Positions 57,037 to 64,000 of a stretch of 64,000 nucleotides of DNA are shown here, piece by piece (positions within the stretch are counted from its first letter, which is position 1; each line of letters starts with the position of its first letter). The notes under the pieces were generated by a model that had not been told where the DNA came from, did not search any database, and saw only the letters and a program-made list of their open reading frames with translations. The translations under genes were made by a program, and so were the position numbers. Source of the stretch: Kiritimatiellia bacterium (lineage in GTDB: Bacteria > Verrucomicrobiota > Kiritimatiellia > RFP12 > UBA1067); the NCBI GenBank assembly GCA_050949565.1, contig JBMNFY010000017.1, forward strand, positions 1,568,001-1,632,000, written 5' to 3'.

Positions 57037-60021
57037 GTGCGGGTGAGTGCCCGCCAGAAAAGGAGTATAGTCGGGCTGCTGGCGACAGGCGCTTGGGCGG
57101 CCACTCACACATGGACTGGCAACGGTCCGGACAACAACTGGAGCAGTGTCGACAACTGGGATGCGGCTGGTCTTCCGGTCAGCGCCAGCAACACGACCGT
57201 CCGGCTGGCAAGCAACACGCGCCTCAAGCCGGTGCAGGATATCGCCACGCCGTTCGTCCTCAACCGGCTGGATTACGTGCGCGCCGCGTCGGGCCAGACA
57301 TCCGACACCGCTCTGGCACCGGAGGGCGCCCCGCTGCGCTTCGTGCCGGACGGCGCCACCCAGCCGCGGATTTGGCTCGACCGGTGGGCCAACTGCGACC
57401 TCCGCAATGACATCGAGATTCCGCAAGGGGTGACGCTGTTCGCAGACATCGGTACATGGGTAGTGAACCTTCACGGCTTGATTTCGGGCGAGGGCGGCAT
57501 TGACAAGTTGAATGACGCAGGCGCCATCCGTCTCTATCATGCCGATAACACTTTTTCCGGCGGGCTGATCGTTCGGGCCCCCAATGCCGCGTGGTGCCAA
57601 GTCCATGTGAGCGCAAGCGGTGCCATGGGCACTGGACCGGTCAGTCTTTACGGCGGCACGATCAATACCAACGTCGCCAATGCCGGCGGACTGATCCTCA
57701 ACAATACCACCACGCATACCAACACCATCCTCCTGTTCGCGCACTCGCCGATTCACGGACAGGGTACCATCTCGCTCTCCGGCCCCATCAATCTTGGCGC
57801 ATACACGCTGCATCTGCGCGGCAACGGCACCACCACGGTATCTGGCGTGATCGCCGGCAGCGGCGAGCAGGCGCTGGTCAAGAGTGACGCCGGACGTTGG
57901 ATCCTTGCGGCTACCAACACCTTCACCGGACGTGTCACCGTCAACAATGGCGCCCTTGGTTTTCAGGTTCCCGATGCATGGGCACCGAGCATCCCCCTGA
58001 CACTCACGGGCGGAACCCTCGAACTGAACGGCAAGAACCAGACGCTGGCTGAACTGGCCGGCGCTCCTGGCATCCGGCCTGCCTGTATCACGACCGATGC
58101 GGCGGCTGTGTTGACCGTTGCGCAGGATACGGACACCGTCTTTGAAGGGTCTTTGGCCGGTCCGCTTACGCTCGTCAAATCCGGCACCGGTACCCTTGCG
58201 CTCGGTTGTACCGCGAACACGTTTGGCGGCGACTACGCGGTCAGCAACGGCATTCTGGCCGCGACGGCGTCCGGTGCACTCGGTGTGGACAGTGGGCTCG
58301 ATCTGGCCGGAGGCAAGCTTCATTTAGGGGCTTCCGATTCGATCCGGCGTCTCTTTTACGACGGTGTCCAGCAGCCGCGCGGCACCTACGGCTCAACCGC
58401 TTCCGATGCGCAACACAAGGACGATACGCGTTTCACCGGCACGCAGGTGCTGTCGGTCACTGAAAGCCCGCCGGTCGCCTTCACGTCGTATGTCTGGGAC
58501 GCCGGCGCGGGTACGGACACCGCGCTCGCGACCGCCGCGAACTGGGTGGACGATATGCTGCCGCCCTTCGACGGCACGGCTCTCGCTGTCTTCGGTACGG
58601 ACGGTACTGCGGCGACTGTGACAACGGCGACCAGCCTCTACGGCGTCTCTTTTGATCGCGACGCCAATTTCAACGTGGACGGTACTGCCGCGCTCACGCT
58701 GGGTCAGGGCGGTCTCGCCGCCGCAGACCATACGGCGTGGCGTCATTACACTGTGACCACGCCGCTCACACTAGGAGATTCACAGTCGTGGAATATCGGT
58801 GCCAATGTGATCGTCCAGCTCTCGGGTACAATCAGCGACACGCCCGGCGTGCCACCGATACTGACCAAGACCGGCGCGGGCACTTTGCAATTGAGTGGCG
58901 CAAACACCTTTGCCAGTCCGCTCTCGATCGAAAAAGGCCAGCTACGTATCACGAACGGTGACGCGCTCGGTAGCACGGCAGGCGCCACCACCGTGAGAGG
59001 GGATCTCGGCGGCAAGCTGTTGCTCTCCGGCACCTTCACGTCGGACGAGCCGCTGATCCTCGGCGGTGATCTCAACAACTTCGGTCTTTTACAGCTCGAG
59101 AACGGGAATGTCACCCTGGCCGGTCCCGTGACCATGGTCGCCCAGACCCGTGTCCAGACAGGTGGCGGCAAGACGCTGACCTTCACGGGCGGCATCACGG
59201 GCAACGGAAATGGGTTGCTGGTCGTCAATCCCGACGGCGGAACCATCGCGTTTGTCGACAAACCGATCCGCATTCCCGGGCAGAAACTCTATTTCGACCA
59301 GACGGGATTCTGCGTTATAGCCGTCACGAACAACCTGTGGGGCGAAACATTGGTCAGCGGCGGCACGTTGCGCTGCGACCTGCCGGATGTCCTGCCGCCC
59401 ACAACGCTCATGCGAATCGGAGTCTACTATTCGACAAGCGGCACGCTCGACCTGAACGGCAATGACCAGACCGTCAGCAGGCTCACTTTGGGAACCTTTG
59501 ATCCCGGACAACGCGCGATCAAGAGTGCCACGCCCGCGACCCTCACCGTTCACCAGAACGCGAGCGACGTCCTTGACGTACGCTTTGACGGCGCGGTGAG
59601 TCTGCTCAAGAGCGGCACCGGTACGCTGACGCTCACCAACGCATTCTCGACGACCTCGGGCGGCTTCAGCGTGACCAACGGCACGCTGGCCGTGTCGAAT
59701 GCCGGTACGTTCGGCCCGAACTGCACAAACGTGACGGTTCTCGGCAACGGTACGCTGTCACTGGGCCATTCGACGGCGATCGCCAATAAGGCGGCGGTTG
59801 TGAGGATGCCGTCGGCCGATGTCTCGTCAGCCAAGATCGATCTGGCGGCTGGCGTGGACGTGCAGGTCGGCTGGCTCTTCTACGGTGATGAAAAGAAGCC
59901 CGCTGGCACGTACGGCGCATCCGGCAGCAATGCCCAGAACAAAGACGCAACGCACTTCACTGGCACGGGTAAGCTGACAGTGCTAGGTGACTGTTCGGGG
60001 ACGCTGGTGATCCTGCGGTAA
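57037..60021 (+). CDS. Secreted protein with multiple autotransporter-associated beta-strand repeats, no beta-barrel
   Basis: ATHTWTG...NNWS...NW; repeated L.K.G.GTL.L...NTF.G; C-terminus SGTLVILR; start uncertain. Confidence 0.8.
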   Translation: MRVSARQKRSIVGLLATGAWAATHTWTGNGPDNNWSSVDNWDAAGLPVSASNTTVRLASNTRLKPVQDIATPFVLNRLDYVRAASGQTSDTALAPEGAPLRFVPDGATQPRIWLDRWANCDLRNDIEIPQGVTLFADIGTWVVNLHGLISGEGGIDKLNDAGAIRLYHADNTFSGGLIVRAPNAAWCQVHVSASGAMGTGPVSLYGGTINTNVANAGGLILNNTTTHTNTILLFAHSPIHGQGTISLSGPINLGAYTLHLRGNGTTTVSGVIAGSGEQALVKSDAGRWILAATNTFTGRVTVNNGALGFQVPDAWAPSIPLTLTGGTLELNGKNQTLAELAGAPGIRPACITTDAAAVLTVAQDTDTVFEGSLAGPLTLVKSGTGTLALGCTANTFGGDYAVSNGILAATASGALGVDSGLDLAGGKLHLGASDSIRRLFYDGVQQPRGTYGSTASDAQHKDDTRFTGTQVLSVTESPPVAFTSYVWDAGAGTDTALATAANWVDDMLPPFDGTALAVFGTDGTAATVTTATSLYGVSFDRDANFNVDGTAALTLGQGGLAAADHTAWRHYTVTTPLTLGDSQSWNIGANVIVQLSGTISDTPGVPPILTKTGAGTLQLSGANTFASPLSIEKGQLRITNGDALGSTAGATTVRGDLGGKLLLSGTFTSDEPLILGGDLNNFGLLQLENGNVTLAGPVTMVAQTRVQTGGGKTLTFTGGITGNGNGLLVVNPDGGTIAFVDKPIRIPGQKLYFDQTGFCVIAVTNNLWGETLVSGGTLRCDLPDVLPPTTLMRIGVYYSTSGTLDLNGNDQTVSRLTLGTFDPGQRAIKSATPATLTVHQNASDVLDVRFDGAVSLLKSGTGTLTLTNAFSTTSGGFSVTNGTLAVSNAGTFGPNCTNVTVLGNGTLSLGHSTAIANKAAVVRMPSADVSSAKIDLAAGVDVQVGWLFYGDEKKPAGTYGASGSNAQNKDATHFTGTGKLTVLGDCSGTLVILR

Positions 60022-60136
60022 CAGGAGAAACGAAAAGACGCAGGATTTAGTTTCTTGCCAATTTCTCGTACGCGGTTGATTTTTGGCGAAAAGAGCGCTA
60101 CCCTGTAACCATTCAAGGTGGCTAAAAGGAGGAAAG

Positions 60137-61927
60137 ATGATGAATAGAACAATCTGGTGTGATAACGGATTTCCCAAAGTGGGCATCCGTCCGATTATTG
60201 ACGGCCGACGGCGCGGGGTGCGGGAGTCGTTGGAAACGCAAACCATGAACATGGCCAAAAGTGCGGCCAAGCTGATTTCCGAGAGCCTGACCTATCCCGA
60301 CGGCTCGCCGGTGCAGTGCGTGATCGCGGATACCACGATCGGCGGTTGCGCCGAGGCCGCCGCTTGCGCGAACAAGTTCGAGCGTGAGAATGTGGGGGTC
60401 TCGCTGAGCGTCACGCCCTGCTGGTGCTACGGGACCGAGACGATGGACACGGCGCCCCACACGCCCAAGGCGGTCTGGGGCTTCAATGGCACCGAGCGCC
60501 CCGGCGCGGTCTATCTGGCTGCGATGCTCGCGGGTTATGCACAGCGCGGTTTCCCGGCTTACGGGATCTACGGGCGCGAGGTGCAGGACCGTACCGACAC
60601 GTCGATCCCGGATGACGTGAGGGAGAAGCTGCTGCGCTTCGTCAAGGCCGGGCTGGCGGTGGCGATGATGCGCGGCAAGTCCTACCTTGCCGTGGGCACC
60701 TCGTCGATGGGTATCGCGGGCTCGTTCATCGATCCGGATCTCTTCCAGGATTATCTCGGCATCCGCGTTGAGAATGTTGACATGTGCGAGCTGGACCGGC
60801 GCGCCGTGGAGGGCATCTACGACAAGGCCGAGTACGAAAAAGCGCTGGCGTGGGCCAAGAAGTTCTGCAAAGAGGGCAAGGATATCAACAAGAAGCGACT
60901 CCAGAAATCGCGCGCCGCCAAGGACGCCGACTGGGAGTATGTCATCAAGATGACGCTGGCTCTGCGCGACCTGATGGTCGGCAACCCGGTGCTGGCGGAG
61001 ATGGGTCTCGGCGAAGAGGCGGTGGGGCGTAATGCCATCGCGGCGGGCTTCCAGGGACAGCGCCAGTGGACTGACTACAAACCCAACGGCGACTTCTCCG
61101 AGGCGATCCTCAACAGCTCGTTCGACTGGAACGGCATCCGTGCGCCGTACATCGTGGCGACGGAAAACGACGCGCTCAACGGCATCTGCATGTTGCTGAT
61201 GTATCTGTTGACCAACCGTGCCCAGATTTTCGCCGATGTACGTACCTTTTGGAGCGCGGACGCGGTCAAGCGTGTGACCGGCAAGCGCATGACCGGCCTT
61301 AACGCCAACGGGTTCATCCATCTGCTGAACTCTGGCGCGGCCTGTCTGGATGCCACCGGCAAGCAGCGTTTCAAGGGCAAGCCCACGATGAAGCCGTTCT
61401 GGGAGATCACAGCGAAAGAGGCGGAAGCGTGTCTCAAGGCGACGCGCTGGATGCCGGCCAATGTCGAGTACTTCCGCGGCGGCGGCTTCTCATCCAGCTT
61501 CCTCTCCGAGGGCGGCATGCCGATGACCATGACGCGCATCAGCCGCGTCAAGGGGCTCGGTCCGGTACTGCAGATCGCCGAGGGGTGGTCGACCACACTG
61601 CCGGCGGGTGTATCCGATACGCTCATGGCGCGTACCGATCCGACCTGGCCCTGCACATGGTTCGTGCCGCGTCTGACCGGCAAGGGTGCTTTCCGTGATG
61701 TTTACAGCGTGATGAACAACTGGAGTGCCAACCACGGTGCGATCAGTTACGGTCACATCGGCGCGGATCTGACCACGCTCGCGGCCATGTTGCGCATTCC
61801 GGTCGCGATGTCCAACGTGCCTGCGGAGCAGATTTTCCGCCCGCATGCCTGGGGCCTGTTCGGCGTGGACGATCCGATCGGCGCGGATTATCGCGCCTGC
61901 AAAAACTTCGGCCCGATCTACGGCTGA
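60137..61927 (+). CDS. fucI: L-fucose isomerase
   Basis: [72 protein letters not shown]; AGGAGG RBS. Confidence 0.97.
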   Translation: MMNRTIWCDNGFPKVGIRPIIDGRRRGVRESLETQTMNMAKSAAKLISESLTYPDGSPVQCVIADTTIGGCAEAAACANKFERENVGVSLSVTPCWCYGTETMDTAPHTPKAVWGFNGTERPGAVYLAAMLAGYAQRGFPAYGIYGREVQDRTDTSIPDDVREKLLRFVKAGLAVAMMRGKSYLAVGTSSMGIAGSFIDPDLFQDYLGIRVENVDMCELDRRAVEGIYDKAEYEKALAWAKKFCKEGKDINKKRLQKSRAAKDADWEYVIKMTLALRDLMVGNPVLAEMGLGEEAVGRNAIAAGFQGQRQWTDYKPNGDFSEAILNSSFDWNGIRAPYIVATENDALNGICMLLMYLLTNRAQIFADVRTFWSADAVKRVTGKRMTGLNANGFIHLLNSGAACLDATGKQRFKGKPTMKPFWEITAKEAEACLKATRWMPANVEYFRGGGFSSSFLSEGGMPMTMTRISRVKGLGPVLQIAEGWSTTLPAGVSDTLMARTDPTWPCTWFVPRLTGKGAFRDVYSVMNNWSANHGAISYGHIGADLTTLAAMLRIPVAMSNVPAEQIFRPHAWGLFGVDDPIGADYRACKNFGPIYG

Positions 61928-61995
61928 CTCCGCGCGCAGCGCGGGTGCAGCCGATTTAGGAGTTGAGATTTTTTTATTTGAGCGTCCTTGTGCCT

Positions 61996-63555
61996 CTACG
62001 CGGTCTTGAGGATCGACGCCAGATCCTCGTCTGCCGTCTTAATCGGGGTGAGGCCGAATTTTTCGACCAGTACGTTGAGCACGGCGGGCGAGATGAAGGC
62101 GGGTAGCGTCGGCCCGATGCGGATATTCTTGATGCCGAGCGCCAGCAGGGTAAGCAGGATGCAGACCGCCTTTTGCTCATACCAGGAGAGGATCAGCGAG
62201 AGCGGCAGGTCGTTGACGCCGCAGTCGAAGACTTTCGCGAGCGCCACCGCAACCTTGATTGCGGAGTAGGCGTCGTTGCATTGGCCCATGTCCAGCAGGC
62301 GCGGGATACCGCTGATATCGCCCAACTGGCTCTGCAGGTGGTTGAAGCGGTACTTGCCGCACGCCAGTGTCAGGATCAGCGTGTCCTGCGGTGCTTTCTC
62401 GACGAACTCGGTGTAGTAGTCGCGTCCGAGCCTGGCACCGTCGCAGCCGCCCACCAAAAAGATGTGCTTGATCGTGCCGTCCTTGACCGCCTCGACCACC
62501 CTGTCGGCCACGGAGAGTACCGCATTGTGCGCGAAACCGGTCATCAGCGGTACGCCTCGGGTCTCGTCTTGCCAGCCGCCGAGGCGGATGGCGTGCTCGA
62601 TCATGGCTGAGAAGTCCTTGTGGCCGCTGGCGTCCGCCGCGACATGCGTGACGCCCGGCCAGCCGACTTCGGCGGTGGTGCAAAGGTTCCCGGCGTAGGA
62701 GGGCTTGGGCGGCATCAGGCAGTTGGTGGTGTAGAGCACCACGCCCGGAAGGTCGGCGAACTCCTTCTGCTGATTCTGCCAGGCGGTGCCGAAATTGCCC
62801 TTGAGCTGCGGATGCTTCTTGAGTTCGGGATAGGCGTGCGCCGGCAGCATCTCGCCGTGGGTGTAAACGTTGACGCCCTTGCCGTCGGTCTGCTCCAGCA
62901 ACATCTTGAGGTCGCGTAGGTCGTGGCCGGTGACAACGATGAACGGCCCCTTGTACTGTCCGGTCTCGACTTGGGTCGGCACCGGATTGCCGTACGCGCC
63001 GGTGTTGGCCGCGTCGAGCAGCTCCATACAGGCGAGGTTGATGGTGCCGAACTCCATAATCAGGCTGAGCCACTCTCCGACGCTGTGGTCGTCGCCGAGC
63101 GCCTTCATGCCCTTCTGGAACCAGGCGGAGACGGTCGGGTCGGTCTTGCCGAGCACGCGGGCGTGGGCGGCATAGGCGGCCATGCCGCGCAGGCCGAAGA
63201 GCAGTGTGGCGCGCAGCGAGACGACGTCAGGGTCGCCGTGGAAGAGGTTCTCCGGTGTGAAGGCTGCCGCGCCGCCCGCTATGGCGATCGCCGCGCAGAT
63301 GCGGTCGCGCATGGCCGTCAGGGCGGCAGGGTCGAAGTTCACGTTGGTGACGGTCATGAAGAGCGCATCCATAAAGAGCGCCTCGCATGCCGGGCAGGCG
63401 GGCTTGCCGTCCAAGGCACGCGCCAGAGTCACGAGCCCGGCCGTGATCTCATCCTGCAGGTTGGCGGCTTCGGGGTTTTTGCCGCAGACGCCCATGCGGG
63501 TACAGCCCTTGCCGCCCGCGGTTTGCTCGCATTGGAAACAGAACATATCGTTCAT
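61996..63555 (-). CDS. hcp: Hydroxylamine reductase (hybrid-cluster protein)
   Basis: MFCFQCEQT..GKGCT..GVCGK, TGHDL, YTHGEMLPAH, GGCDG, ACGKY, DMGQCND, SWYEQKA. Confidence 0.96.
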   Translation of the reverse strand: MNDMFCFQCEQTAGGKGCTRMGVCGKNPEAANLQDEITAGLVTLARALDGKPACPACEALFMDALFMTVTNVNFDPAALTAMRDRICAAIAIAGGAAAFTPENLFHGDPDVVSLRATLLFGLRGMAAYAAHARVLGKTDPTVSAWFQKGMKALGDDHSVGEWLSLIMEFGTINLACMELLDAANTGAYGNPVPTQVETGQYKGPFIVVTGHDLRDLKMLLEQTDGKGVNVYTHGEMLPAHAYPELKKHPQLKGNFGTAWQNQQKEFADLPGVVLYTTNCLMPPKPSYAGNLCTTAEVGWPGVTHVAADASGHKDFSAMIEHAIRLGGWQDETRGVPLMTGFAHNAVLSVADRVVEAVKDGTIKHIFLVGGCDGARLGRDYYTEFVEKAPQDTLILTLACGKYRFNHLQSQLGDISGIPRLLDMGQCNDAYSAIKVAVALAKVFDCGVNDLPLSLILSWYEQKAVCILLTLLALGIKNIRIGPTLPAFISPAVLNVLVEKFGLTPIKTADEDLASILKTA

Positions 63556-64000
63556 GGTGTACTCCTTGAGGGTGTGTAAGATTTTTTTTGGTTGCGCTTC
63601 ACCGAGCGCACGACGCTCTCCAGCGTGGCGGATTTCAGCAGGGCGATCAGCCGCTCGTTCTCCTTGGCCATCAACTTGCCCAAGACGCAGCCTTCGCCGT
63701 TACAGATTTCCCGCTTCAGCAGACAGCCGGTGTATGCGGGGGAACCCCCCGCCGCCACGTAGATATCCAGCAGCGTGATCTCATCGGCCGGACGCGCCAG
63801 TTGTGCGCCACCGGCCGGACCGCGCTCGGTCTCCAAGATGTTGGCCCGCACCAGTTGTTGCGCCACCTTTGCAAAGTGGTGCGCGGAAAAACCGAGACGT
63901 TTTGAAATTTCCCGCGCCGATAGCTTCTGGCCGGGTTGGTCCGCCAAAATCACGCAGGTGTGCAGCGCAATCGACATCGCCTCCGAAATGTTCAACAGGC
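63552..64000 (-). CDS. Rrf2-family transcriptional regulator (probably 5'-truncated)
   Basis: NISEA.SIALH, ERGPAGG..LARPADEITLLDI, three-Cys motif CLL...C....C; coupled to hcp. Confidence 0.9.
   Translation of the reverse strand, partial: LLNISEAMSIALHTCVILADQPGQKLSAREISKRLGFSAHHFAKVAQQLVRANILETERGPAGGAQLARPADEITLLDIYVAAGGSPAYTGCLLKREICNGEGCVLGKLMAKENERLIALLKSATLESVVRSVKRNQKKSYTPSRSTP

Noticed and set aside
35162-60021. Classical type V autotransporters
   Set aside because: Passenger-associated repeats are present, but there is no C-terminal beta-barrel or terminal aromatic residue.
1440-61321. Long antisense ORFs (e.g. 1440-2780, 38253-39509, 51939-53261, 56956-58323, 60122-61321)
   Set aside because: They are shadow frames of GC-rich genes on the opposite strand.

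Overview
GC-rich bacterial chromosome segment, probably from the PVC superphylum (Kiritimatiellia/Lentisphaeria-like; inferred from protein repertoire only), that spans the replication origin. The left half is mostly intact core genes: an AAA_14/DUF4143 ATPase behind a 4x23-bp repeat array, ppx-ppk1-pfkA, a TPR/CvpA/ECF-sigma/anti-sigma cluster, mnmG with an internal parS, a D-aminoacylase, tRNA-Gln, dnaN and dnaA. oriC elements (DnaA-trios, an IHF site, non-canonical TTAT[C/G]AACA boxes) flank dnaA. The right half (30-62 kb) is a glycan-utilisation and secreted-protein island: giant beta-helix and PATR proteins ending in a shared G-T/M-hydrophobic-R C-terminal motif, AraC, a sialic-acid-type operon and fucI, followed by hcp and Rrf2. 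Most of the giant genes carry inactivating lesions. Intergenic regions, and several coding linkers and signal peptides, contain multiple REP-like hairpin families, short tandem-unit elements and a ~105-bp structured repeat. No CRISPR-Cas, transposase or integrase was seen. All calls are by eye; no searches were run.
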